From positions 810 to 64,809 of the forward strand of contig JBDHWF010000004.1 of assembly GCA_039810045.1 (NCBI GenBank): 64,000 nucleotides of DNA, in the 5' to 3' direction. The notes beneath the pieces are model-generated. The model did no database searches. It had not been told where the DNA came from and was given only the letters and a program-made list of their open reading frames with translations. Position 1 is the first letter of the stretch. Every line of letters begins with the position of its first letter. This document shows, in pieces, positions 53,287 through 62,330 of the stretch. A program made the position numbers and the translations under genes. Source of the DNA: Chloroflexia bacterium. GTDB taxonomy: Bacteria; Chloroflexota; Chloroflexia; Thermomicrobiales; CADCWN01.

Positions 53287-54779
53287 GCAGCACTACAACC
53301 AAACGAGCATTCGGCAACTACATCAACGGCAAATGGGGCGATCCCGAAAGTGGGCAAACCTTCGAGACCCATAATCCCGCCACGGGCGAACTGGTTGCCA
53401 CCTACACCAAAGGAACTGCCGATGACGTAAACCAGGCCGTTGCGGCGGCCAAAGCCGCCTTTGCCAAGTGGCGACTGGTGCCAGCGCCGAAACGTGGCGA
53501 GATCTTGTACAAGGCGGCGCAACTCCTGGCAGAACGCAAAGAAGAGCTGGCCCGCGAGATGACCGAAGAAATGGGCAAAGTCCTGCTCGAAGCACGTGGC
53601 GACGTGCAAGAGGGGATCGATATGGCCTATTACATGGGCGGTGAAGGCCGCCGGATGTTCGGCCAGCAGGTGCCTGCCGAATTACAGAACAAGTGGGCGA
53701 TGGCCGTTCGCAAGCCGCTCGGCGTCTGCGGGATGATCACCCCCTGGAACTTCCCGATGGCGATTCCTACCTGGAAGATTATGCCCGCGCTGGTCGCTGG
53801 CAATACCGTCGTCTTCAAACCAGCCTCCCTGACTCCCTTACTGGCCGTGCGCCTGGTACAAGTCTTTGAGGAAGCTGGCCTGCCCGCAGGCGTACTCAAT
53901 CTGGTCCTCGGCACAGGCGGCGAGGTGGGCGATGCCATCCTCGCGCATCCTGACATTGCGCTGGTCTCGTTCACTGGCTCCACGGAAACTGGCGATCATG
54001 TGGCGATGGAAGCCGCCCGAACCCGCAAGCGGGTGTCGCTGGAACTTGGCGGCAAAAACGCGATCATCGTCATGGAGGATGCCGACCTCGACCTTGCGCT
54101 TGATGGCATCGTCTGGAGCGCCTTTGGCACCTCCGGCCAACGCTGCACCGCCGCCTCACGAGTGATCGTCCACCGCGACGTGGAACGCACCCTGACCGAT
54201 CGGCTCGCCGATCGAGTCAGCAAGCTACGCCTTGGCAACGGCCTACACGATGGCGTCGAAATTGGCCCAGTGATCAGCCGCGCGCAACTGGAGCGCATTC
54301 ATAGTTACATGGCTGTCGGGCAAGACGAAGGAGCCGAACTGGTGCTTGGCGGCAAGATCGCCAACAACGACACCCTGGCAAACGGGCATTTCCACGAGCC
54401 AACCATCTTCGGGGGAGCCAAAGCGTCGATGCGCGTAGCCCAGGAAGAAATCTTTGGCCCAGTCACCACCCTGATCCCGGTCGATTCGTTTGAGGAAGCG
54501 ATCGACGTGGCGAACGGCGTGCAATATGGCCTCTCCGCCGCGATTTACACCGCCAACGTCAACCGGGCATTCCAGGCGATGCAGGATATTTACACGGGCA
54601 TTCTCTACGTCAATGCTGGGACAATTGGCGCAGAAATTCAGTTACCATTCGGCGGTACGAAGGCGACGGGGAACGGCCACCGGGAAGCGGGACAGGCCGC
54701 GCTTGATGTCGTCACCGAATGGCAATCGATTTATATCGACTACAGTGGTCGGCTACAACGCGCCCAGATCGATAACTAA
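53283..54779 (+). CDS. NAD(P)+-dependent aldehyde dehydrogenase
   Basis: 498 aa. PWNFP, LELGGKN (catalytic Glu), GQRCTA (catalytic Cys) and EEIFGPV motifs. ATGA overlap with the moaDE stop. Confidence 0.9.
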   Translation: MSSTTTKRAFGNYINGKWGDPESGQTFETHNPATGELVATYTKGTADDVNQAVAAAKAAFAKWRLVPAPKRGEILYKAAQLLAERKEELAREMTEEMGKVLLEARGDVQEGIDMAYYMGGEGRRMFGQQVPAELQNKWAMAVRKPLGVCGMITPWNFPMAIPTWKIMPALVAGNTVVFKPASLTPLLAVRLVQVFEEAGLPAGVLNLVLGTGGEVGDAILAHPDIALVSFTGSTETGDHVAMEAARTRKRVSLELGGKNAIIVMEDADLDLALDGIVWSAFGTSGQRCTAASRVIVHRDVERTLTDRLADRVSKLRLGNGLHDGVEIGPVISRAQLERIHSYMAVGQDEGAELVLGGKIANNDTLANGHFHEPTIFGGAKASMRVAQEEIFGPVTTLIPVDSFEEAIDVANGVQYGLSAAIYTANVNRAFQAMQDIYTGILYVNAGTIGAEIQLPFGGTKATGNGHREAGQAALDVVTEWQSIYIDYSGRLQRAQIDN

Positions 54780-54795
54780 GCGATACACCCAGCGT

Positions 54796-54830
54796 GAGCA
54801 AGGGCGGACTATAGCAGTCCGCCCTTGCTC
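54796..54830 (+). terminator. Perfect 15-bp hairpin after the aldehyde dehydrogenase gene
   Basis: GAGCAAGGGCGGACT-atagc-AGTCCGCCCTTGCTC, then TT. There is no long U-tract. Confidence 0.5.
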
Positions 54831-55058
54831 TTACCAGCATCGCTTGTGGCTACCGCTAGCGCAGCCGCGCTGATCTTCACCTGCCCGGCTTGTGCGCGAC
54901 CATCCAGGGCCGCAGCCGCCCTGCAATGGTGATTAGCTGACACGGTATCAGGATAGCCCGAGGCAACCAGCAGCGGCTTAGGACGTTACGGTATTGATGA
55001 GTGTCGCTTGGCGAGAACAACTGACACTGGGGCTCTATTCGCGCCATAAGGAGCAACG

Positions 55059-56054
55059 ATGGATACAAACTATGGAACACCACGGCTGGTACACACTACC
55101 ACCCAGCCAAGCGGGATAAGTAGACGACTCGGCGTTGGATTATTGCCGCTTTGCACGATCCTGGCATTGCTGGCAGGCTGCACCGTTGGCACCCCTGGCC
55201 TACCGCGGGTCTGGCCGGGGCAGAGCATTTCTCCCAATATTCAGGCGCGGGCTGGTGATATTGTCGAACTGACCTTGCTGGCAACGAACGACTCCACCAA
55301 TCCCGAAAATGGCAACGCCAGCCAGGTACGCACCTTCACGGCCCTACCAGCAGGCGTAGAGGTCATCGGCTTCTCCGCGTCCGACGATAAAAAGCTGCCC
55401 GCAGATGACCAGTGGCGTACCTGGCTCGAACAGATCGATACGAAGAACAACGTTGTTGTCGTGGGCTTCAATAAGGTTGAGAGCGGCGAACTGAAAACCG
55501 CCACGCTGCGGCTGCGCGTTACTGCCGCCGCAGGCACCACCCTAACATTCCGCACAATGATCGCCTGGTCGAATGATGCCCCAGACCAGATGGAATGTGA
55601 TGCCCAGTGCGTGGGCGAGGGTCTCAGCTACGCCACTGCCGATGATCCACAACTGCGGGCCTACGTTGCGGAACACCCCGCCGAAGTCAGCGCCTTCATG
55701 GAAACCTACCAGGGAGGCGGCAAAGCCGTTGCCAATACCGTATCGATTGCTGTTGGGGACGCCCCCATCCATAGCACCTTCCCCGTGAGTGCATTGATGG
55801 CGAGTACCCAGGCCGCCAGTGGCGTCACCTTTACCACACAGGGGATTTTCACCCCTGGAGAGCCAGTGATCCTCTGGTACAATCAGCCGGGAAACGCGGC
55901 AGTACACCTTTTCCGCACTGATGCGTTCGATGATGGCAGCATTATCTGTGGCCTGAGCGAGGAGCAGTGGCAGCAAATCCCGCAGAACGCCACCAGCATT
56001 GTCGCGCACGGGCAATTTAGTAAGGCCGAGGCGGTCTATCTGTTCAATCGCTAA
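55059..56054 (+). CDS. Hypothetical lipoprotein
   Basis: 331 aa. Lipobox LLAGC. SD AAGGAG 6 nt upstream. The predicted beta-rich body matches no family I can name. Confidence 0.7.
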   Translation: MDTNYGTPRLVHTTTQPSGISRRLGVGLLPLCTILALLAGCTVGTPGLPRVWPGQSISPNIQARAGDIVELTLLATNDSTNPENGNASQVRTFTALPAGVEVIGFSASDDKKLPADDQWRTWLEQIDTKNNVVVVGFNKVESGELKTATLRLRVTAAAGTTLTFRTMIAWSNDAPDQMECDAQCVGEGLSYATADDPQLRAYVAEHPAEVSAFMETYQGGGKAVANTVSIAVGDAPIHSTFPVSALMASTQAASGVTFTTQGIFTPGEPVILWYNQPGNAAVHLFRTDAFDDGSIICGLSEEQWQQIPQNATSIVAHGQFSKAEAVYLFNR

Positions 56055-56080
56055 GCAACTGGTAGGAGGGAACCGGGGCT

Positions 56081-56833
56081 ATGCGCTGGGAGATCTTCAC
56101 CCTGTTTCCTACGATGTTTGCTGGCCCACTTGGTGAAAGTATTCTTAAACGGGCGGTCGAACGTGGGCTGGTCGAAATCAACCTGCACGATTGGCGCGCT
56201 CAGGCGACCGATCGCCACCGCACCGTCGACGATACTCCGTACGGCGGCGGGGCCGGCATGGTCCTGCAAGCCCCGCCGCTGGTACAGGCGGTTGAGCAGG
56301 TGCTGGGCGCAGACCAGCCTAGCGTTCCCGTGATCCTCCTCGCCCCAACTGGTCGCCCGTTTACCCAACAGGTCGCTGAAGAACTCAGCCAGCGACCTCG
56401 AATAGCCTTGCTCTGCGGTCACTATGAGGGCTTTGATGAGCGCATTCGCGACCTCGTTGTTACCGACGAACTCTCCCTGGGTGATTATGTTCTTACTGGT
56501 GGGGAACTCGCCGCAATGGTGATTGTCGATGCCACCACGCGTCTCTTACCTGGCGTGATTGATGCGGCCTCGTTACACGAAGAATCACATAGCTCTGGCT
56601 TGCTCGAAGGCCCCCACTACACCCGCCCACTCGATTTTCGCGGCCTGACTGTGCCACCGATTTTATTGAGCGGTCACCATGCCAAGATTGCGCGCTGGCG
56701 ACGGCGCGAAGCCCTCCGCCGGACGTTGTACCAGCGGCCTGATCTCCTCAGCCATAGCGCCCTCACCGCTGAAGATCAGGCCGATCTTGCCACACTCTAC
56801 GAAGAAGCGCAGATCAGACCCCAACCAGATTAG
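56081..56833 (+). CDS. trmD: tRNA (guanine37-N1)-methyltransferase
   Basis: [31 protein letters not shown] and [12 protein letters not shown] motifs. Confidence 0.93.
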   Translation: MRWEIFTLFPTMFAGPLGESILKRAVERGLVEINLHDWRAQATDRHRTVDDTPYGGGAGMVLQAPPLVQAVEQVLGADQPSVPVILLAPTGRPFTQQVAEELSQRPRIALLCGHYEGFDERIRDLVVTDELSLGDYVLTGGELAAMVIVDATTRLLPGVIDAASLHEESHSSGLLEGPHYTRPLDFRGLTVPPILLSGHHAKIARWRRREALRRTLYQRPDLLSHSALTAEDQADLATLYEEAQIRPQPD

Positions 56834-57402
56834 GTAGGGGGCAGCCAATATCCTGCTACCGCCGGAAACACGGTGCGGGAGCTATCATCACCGCCACCCC
56901 CAAGCACCACCATCATGATCCCCAGGCAGACACACAAGAGCAAGATTGCGCCAATCGCTAACCCAATCAATAACGGCGCACGGCTACCACCGCTGCGCTG
57001 CGCTGGTGCCGAATAGCTCGGGGGAGCAGCATTCTGGGGCGCAGCACCAAACCCTGCTGGGGGCTGTGGTGGAGCAGAGCCAACAACCGTAGTCTGCTGT
57101 GGTGGGGCAGGCCCAGTAATCCGCAGCGTCGTTTCTCCAAGTTCGATCGCATCGCCCATCATCAATTGCGTTGAACCCGTAATAGGGGCCTTGTTGACGA
57201 AGGTGCCATTCGCGCCACCAAGATCGGTGAGGGTAATTCGGCCATCTTGTAATTCAATGCGGGCGTGTTGACGCGACACTTGCGGATCATTCAGCGTGAC
57301 TTCAAGCCCTTCCTGGCGGCCAATCACTACTGCCGCCGTCAACGGAATCCGTTTCCCGGCATCTGGCCCATGCTCAACGTGAATAAAAACTGGCCCTTGC
57401 AT
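56830..57402 (-). CDS. FHA-domain protein with Pro-rich linker and C-terminal TM anchor
   Basis: FHA core [44 protein letters not shown]-terminal [29 protein letters not shown] 57402 has AAGGGG 6 nt upstream. Confidence 0.8.
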   Translation of the reverse strand: MQGPVFIHVEHGPDAGKRIPLTAAVVIGRQEGLEVTLNDPQVSRQHARIELQDGRITLTDLGGANGTFVNKAPITGSTQLMMGDAIELGETTLRITGPAPPQQTTVVGSAPPQPPAGFGAAPQNAAPPSYSAPAQRSGGSRAPLLIGLAIGAILLLCVCLGIMMVVLGGGGDDSSRTVFPAVAGYWLPPT

Positions 57403-57707
57403 TAATAACCCCTTCGCTTCCTCTGCCAAAAACCTATCATTCCTACGCCCTACTACGTCATCGCTGGCGATAGTGTAACAACTCTACGCTACTGGCAAAA
57501 TAGTCTGCCCCTGCCAAGCAGCAGCACCAGCGAGCCAACCGCCATGAGCAACGGGCAGCGTTGTTTCTCCCCAGACTGCTATGCTATCCTTGCCAGACGA
57601 ATCGCCTGTGCGCGAGTACGCTCGCTACTGCCACACCTCGAACCAATACCCCGCGCTGGCGATAGTTGATGCCCGTCATGAAGCGTGGCAGGAGGGTACA
57701 GTTATCC

Positions 57708-58238
57708 ATGCCACGAGTCATTTTCGCCGTCATCATGATTGTACTCGCACTCCTGCAAACCACCGTGGTTCCGATGGGGCGGATTATCGGTATCACTCCC
57801 AACCTGGTGCTCGTCGCCTTATTTCTCTGGAGTGCATTGCGCGAACCGCGCGAGGGCCTCATATGGGCGTTTGGGATTGGGATTTTCATCGATTTGCTGA
57901 CACTGACACCCCTCGGCACGACTGCCCTTGGGTTGCTGCCCGTTGCGATCCTGGGCTGGATCGGACGCAGTCGCTACTTTCAAAGTGGGCTGATCTTTCC
58001 GCTACTGATGACAATGGTCGCGACCATCGTCCACAGCCTGACGGTGTTCTGCCTCTCGTGGTTACTCTATTTCGTGAATCTTGCTCCAGTGGGGAGTACC
58101 CAACTCAGCTTACTGACGACGCTGCGCCTCGCGCTATTGAGTGCGCTGCTCAACGCCATTATTGTCCCCCCACTCTATCTCGTGATGCAGTTACTCGACC
58201 GCTGGATTGGACGGAACGATAGTTATGCTCGTGCGTAA
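57708..58238 (+). CDS. mreD: Rod shape-determining protein MreD
   Basis: About 176 aa with 5 hydrophobic segments. The N-terminal pattern ..VLALLQTTVVP....ITPNLVLVALFLWS.. and its position directly before PBP2 fit MreD. The start is uncertain (57678 or 57708). Confidence 0.7.
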   Translation: MPRVIFAVIMIVLALLQTTVVPMGRIIGITPNLVLVALFLWSALREPREGLIWAFGIGIFIDLLTLTPLGTTALGLLPVAILGWIGRSRYFQSGLIFPLLMTMVATIVHSLTVFCLSWLLYFVNLAPVGSTQLSLLTTLRLALLSALLNAIIVPPLYLVMQLLDRWIGRNDSYARA

Positions 58239-60747
58239 ACGCTACCAACCAACATTTCGCTCGAAGAAACGGATGGAAATCGAGCGGATGGCCGATAAGA
58301 AACGGCCTCGCTCGCCTGAGCGCACCGCCGATCAACTCCGCCTTACCCGGCGCACTGTCGTATTCAAAGGATTAGCCGCCGCCTCTTTTGCCACCCTTAC
58401 CGGGCGCTTGTTCTATCTGCAAGTGATCAATCAGCAAAGCGCGATCGAGAAGCAACAAGAGGTTAGCCGCCGTGATTTCCCCCTCCCAGCAGCCCGTGGC
58501 CTGATCTACGACCGTGAGCGGAAGCCACTGGCCGACAATATCAAGAGTTGGTCGGTGGCGATTGTCCCCGCAAACCTCCCTGACGATGAAACCACTGAGG
58601 GCGAACAACAACGGCGGGCGATTTATGTCACCTTGCAGAATCAATTGAAGATGGCGGATATCGTCGTGCTGCGACCCAGCGAGTTGTACGCCGATGAAGA
58701 GAAGCGCGAAGAAACCTACCGCCGCCTTGCTGCGGCGCTGGGAGTGCCAGTCGAAGATATTCGCGATCCAGTGGAGACAGAGATCGCTACCGCCGCGGAG
58801 AAGAAACGAGCCGCCCAGAAATCGATCAAAGTACCAGTTTCTAATGAAGATCTGAAGCCTGAGCAACTGGCCGCCGCTCGGGCCATTAAGCCAGAGCTAA
58901 CGGGTGTCGATATTGTTAATCCGATTGATTATCAGGTAGCGATCTATGGTGGGTGGAAGCCCTATGAACCACTGGTGATCAAGAGCAATGTCGATAAAGG
59001 AGTGGCCCTCGGTATCGAGGCCAATCGGCTCTACCTTCCTGGAGTGCAGATCGACGACAATACCCTGACCCGCCGCTACCTGGTTGGTGAAGAACTGGGG
59101 CATATCCTTGGGTATACGGGGCCAATTACTGGCGAGGAATGGCGCTCGAACATCGTCAAAGATGAAAATGGACAAGCGGTCCTTGATTCCGATGGCGATC
59201 CCATTTACATCTACAAGCAAAAAGACTACATCGGACGGGCGGGAATCGAAGCGGGTCTGGAAGAACTCTTGCGGGGGCGACCTGGGCATTATGCCGCCAA
59301 GGTCAATGCCCTTAATAAGCCAGTCGGCGAATTCCCCGAGTTGCGAGTGAATCCGATCAATGGCAAGAGTGTTGTCTTGACAGTTCCGCTCGACTATCAG
59401 CAGGAAGTGATCAAAATCCTGCAAGATGGGTACAATGGGAATGGTGGCATCAACAACGTTGAGCCATATATCAAAGGCGAGAACGAAAAGAACGCCCACG
59501 ACCGTCCAGATCGGATCAAGCCGATTCCGCCCAAAGCGGGCGCAGCAGTCGCGATTGACCCGCGCAATGGGGAGATCCTGGCGATGGTCAGTTTGCCAGG
59601 TTACGATCCACGGCTCTTTGCCAATGGGATCAGCCAAAAAGATTTTGACCTGCTGCTGGAGAAAGATATTCCCGACAAAGAGAAGCGGCATCCGCTCCAA
59701 AGCCGCTGTATCGCCAGTCAGTATCCCCCTGGCTCAACGCTAAAAACATTCGTCGCCAGCGCAGGGCTGCATAGCGGCAAGATCAAGCACGACACCAAGT
59801 TCAAATGCCTGGGGTTTATCCGCGTCCCACCGCTGGGCCGCGAAGATGGCGGGAATAGGTATTGGTGCTGGACCCGCGATGAATCCCACAAAGAGATGAA
59901 TATGTACGAGGCCTTAGCAACCTCATGCGATGTCTTCTTCTACTCGATGACGGGGCCGAAACAAACCGACCTTGCGGGCTTAGATACCCACTTCTATCAA
60001 CCAAACGGGGGTGACCCACAATGGTTTGACGGGATTGGCATCAACGCACTCAACGAACACCTGCGCCTCTATGGGTTTGGCGAAAAGACGGGGGTTGAGC
60101 TTGGTGGCGATGGCGAGGCACCAGGGCTAGTTCCGGGCATTGCCTGGAAAGAACAGACTTTCGAGAATGATTTCTGGTCGCTTGGTGATACGCTGAATAC
60201 GGCGATCGGACAGGGTTATATGCAAGTCACGCCGCTGCAACTCTGCAACGCGACAGCGGCGATTGCCAATGGCGGCACCCTCTTCCGGCCAACGCTGGTC
60301 CACCAACTACTCGACGATACTGGCAAAGTCGTACAAGAACCACAGGGCAAGGTGGTCCGCAAACTCCCCATTGATCGCAATTTGCTGGAGATTGTCCGCG
60401 AAGGGATGCGGATGAATGTCACCTGGCACCGCGACCAACAGGTCAAAGGGCTGGTCGCTCCGAACTTCGATGAGAAGGGGAATGTGATCCCCAATACTGA
60501 GCAATTTCCCCTGCCCCCAGGGATTGACGCTGGCGTGAAAACAGGGACGGCGGAATACGGCGAAGAACGCGACGATGAAGGTCTCTTGCTGCAATCACAC
60601 GCCTGGTGCGCCGCGTTTGCGCCGTACAATAACCCCGAAATCTGTGTGCTTGCGTTTGTTGAGGGCGGCTCCGCCAGTGCCAAAATCGCGGCCCCGGTCG
60701 CCTGTGGGATGATCAACGCCTGGTTCGCTCGCAAGCCGCGCACCTGA
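58207..60747 (+). CDS. mrdA: Penicillin-binding protein 2 (class B transpeptidase, elongasome)
   Basis: N-terminal TM, dimerisation domain, and transpeptidase motifs STLK (..PPGSTLKTF), SCD and KTGTA. Overlaps the mreD end. The start is either 58207 or ATG 58225. Confidence 0.88.
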   Translation: MDGTIVMLVRKRYQPTFRSKKRMEIERMADKKRPRSPERTADQLRLTRRTVVFKGLAAASFATLTGRLFYLQVINQQSAIEKQQEVSRRDFPLPAARGLIYDRERKPLADNIKSWSVAIVPANLPDDETTEGEQQRRAIYVTLQNQLKMADIVVLRPSELYADEEKREETYRRLAAALGVPVEDIRDPVETEIATAAEKKRAAQKSIKVPVSNEDLKPEQLAAARAIKPELTGVDIVNPIDYQVAIYGGWKPYEPLVIKSNVDKGVALGIEANRLYLPGVQIDDNTLTRRYLVGEELGHILGYTGPITGEEWRSNIVKDENGQAVLDSDGDPIYIYKQKDYIGRAGIEAGLEELLRGRPGHYAAKVNALNKPVGEFPELRVNPINGKSVVLTVPLDYQQEVIKILQDGYNGNGGINNVEPYIKGENEKNAHDRPDRIKPIPPKAGAAVAIDPRNGEILAMVSLPGYDPRLFANGISQKDFDLLLEKDIPDKEKRHPLQSRCIASQYPPGSTLKTFVASAGLHSGKIKHDTKFKCLGFIRVPPLGREDGGNRYWCWTRDESHKEMNMYEALATSCDVFFYSMTGPKQTDLAGLDTHFYQPNGGDPQWFDGIGINALNEHLRLYGFGEKTGVELGGDGEAPGLVPGIAWKEQTFENDFWSLGDTLNTAIGQGYMQVTPLQLCNATAAIANGGTLFRPTLVHQLLDDTGKVVQEPQGKVVRKLPIDRNLLEIVREGMRMNVTWHRDQQVKGLVAPNFDEKGNVIPNTEQFPLPPGIDAGVKTGTAEYGEERDDEGLLLQSHAWCAAFAPYNNPEICVLAFVEGGSASAKIAAPVACGMINAWFARKPRT

Positions 60748-60763
60748 TACCCCACGCCCGCTA

Positions 60764-61273
60764 TCAGGCGCTACTACCAGTTGGCATAGCCCTACGAAAG
60801 ACCATCAGCACGGCTGGCCCCTCAGAGGTCTGCACAATTTCATCACCAACAAAGCCAGCGCGGGCGTAGGCGCGGCGCGCTCTCAAGTTATCCTGATCAG
60901 GATCGATCGCGACCAGGGGCGCACCAGCAGCCAGCAACTGTTCAGCGAGCAGGCGCAGATACGCCGCGCCGTGCCCCTGGCCAAGCATCGCTGGTTCACC
61001 GATGAACGTATCAACAAACTGCGTCGTAGGGGGCAGATGGGCGAAGCACTCCTGCGGCCAGGCCTCAGCAGCACAGTGCTGCACATAGGCGAACGGTTGA
61101 CCACGATAGGCAACCAGCAACGTCGTCATCGCCGCGCCAGCAATATCGTCGCGAATCAACGCCTCCTGCTCAGCCGGGTCGCCCCACCACTCACGCACTG
61201 CGGGCGTTGCCAGCCAGCGGCGTAGCAGCGGTAAATCGGCAGCGGTAGCAGGTCGAAAGGTATAGTCATTCAT
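60764..61273 (-). CDS. GNAT N-acetyltransferase of the AAC(6')-Ib / Acetyltransf_8 family
   Basis: 170 aa from ATG 61273 (GGAGAAG SD). DLPLLRRWLATPAVREWWGDP, IDPDQDNLRARRAYARAGF and GPAVLMVFRR align with my recollection of AAC(6')-Ib (DLAMLYEWLNRSHIVEWWGGE, TDPSPSNLRAIRCYEKAGF, GPAVYMVQTR). The track start 61549 adds 92 implausible residues. Confidence 0.75.
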   Translation of the reverse strand: MNDYTFRPATAADLPLLRRWLATPAVREWWGDPAEQEALIRDDIAGAAMTTLLVAYRGQPFAYVQHCAAEAWPQECFAHLPPTTQFVDTFIGEPAMLGQGHGAAYLRLLAEQLLAAGAPLVAIDPDQDNLRARRAYARAGFVGDEIVQTSEGPAVLMVFRRAMPTGSSA

Positions 61274-61394
61274 CGGCTTCTCCGATTTCTTCGTGTGCCG
61301 ACAGTAGCCAGAAAATGGCAGTCTACCAACCAACCCAACTTTATACGAGTGCCACCATGTCACTGTACTGTGCACGTTCGCCCGACAGCCCCTC

Positions 61395-61423
61395 TTGACC
61401 AACCCCGTTGTATCATCTACACT
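61395..61423 (+). promoter_or_regulatory. Promoter TTGACC-N17-TACACT upstream of minC
   Basis: -35 at 61395-61400 and -10 at 61418-61423, spacer 17 nt. Confidence 0.55.
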
Positions 61424-61503
61424 GTGTACGTACAGTCTCAATGGCAGGGGCTGATCCAGCAACGCCGACGGTCGGGCTGACCGCATCGGGCAGGAGTGAG
61501 GCG

Positions 61504-62301
61504 ATGGCACAACAGGCAGCGTATGACCATGATCCGCCGCTCTTCTCACGCGGACACCAGGCGAATAGCACCGCAGCGGCGTTGATCAAAGTGCGGGGCA
61601 CCCGCGAAGGGTTGTTACTGACAGTACCAGATGATCCGCGCGTCTATGAACCGCGCGATGTTGCGCGGGCGCTCGCCGCTCACCTGGACGGCGCAGAAGC
61701 GTTTTTCAGTGGAGCCGAGGTGATCATCGATCTGGGTGAGCGTTCCTTGACTGATGACGAGATTACGTTCTATCGGCAAGTACTTGAAGAGCGTGGCGTG
61801 GTTGTGCGTGGGTTTACGGCATCCAGTCCACAGGGGCGCGCGGCCATTCGCAAGGCGGGCTATCACCCACTGCAAGTAGCGCAGCCTGAGCGTGTTTCCG
61901 TCGGCGGCGGGCAACCAATTACCACAACTCCAACTGCACAGATTCATCCAGTCAACCCCGACGCGGGCGAGGCGCTCTATCTCCGCCGGACGTTGCGGTC
62001 GGGCGCACGAATCCGGCACCACGGCAATCTGGTCTTACTTGGTGATATCAACCCTGGGGCCGAAGTCGCTGCCTCTGGCGACATCATCGTCTGGGGTACT
62101 ATCCGGGGGATGGTCCACGCTGGCGCACTCGGCGACGACAGCGCGATCATCTGCGCCCTGGGGCTCACCCCGACCCAACTACGGATTGGCAGTCATTATG
62201 CCCTCCCACCAACGGAGAAAAATAACACTGGGCCAGGCACCCCCGAGCGCGTGCGCCTGGAAAATGGTCGATTGGTCGTTGAACCGTGGAAGATGAAGTA
62301 G
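61504..62301 (+). CDS. minC: Septum site-determining protein MinC
   Basis: ..IKVRGTREGLLLTV.. N-domain and the C-terminal beta-helix GNLVLLGDINPGAEVAASGDIIVWGTIRGMVHAG. ATG 61504 has AGGAG 8 nt upstream. Confidence 0.85.
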   Translation: MAQQAAYDHDPPLFSRGHQANSTAAALIKVRGTREGLLLTVPDDPRVYEPRDVARALAAHLDGAEAFFSGAEVIIDLGERSLTDDEITFYRQVLEERGVVVRGFTASSPQGRAAIRKAGYHPLQVAQPERVSVGGGQPITTTPTAQIHPVNPDAGEALYLRRTLRSGARIRHHGNLVLLGDINPGAEVAASGDIIVWGTIRGMVHAGALGDDSAIICALGLTPTQLRIGSHYALPPTEKNNTGPGTPERVRLENGRLVVEPWKMK

Positions 62302-62330
62302 CTGGCGTACACGAAAGAGTTGGAGGAACT

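Noticed and set aside
57544-57669. 41-codon sORF (MSNGQRCFSPDCYAILARRIACARVRSLLPHLEPIPRAGDS) upstream of mreD.
   Set aside because: It has no SD and a composition typical of random GC-rich frames. It overlaps the direct-repeat and promoter-like elements.
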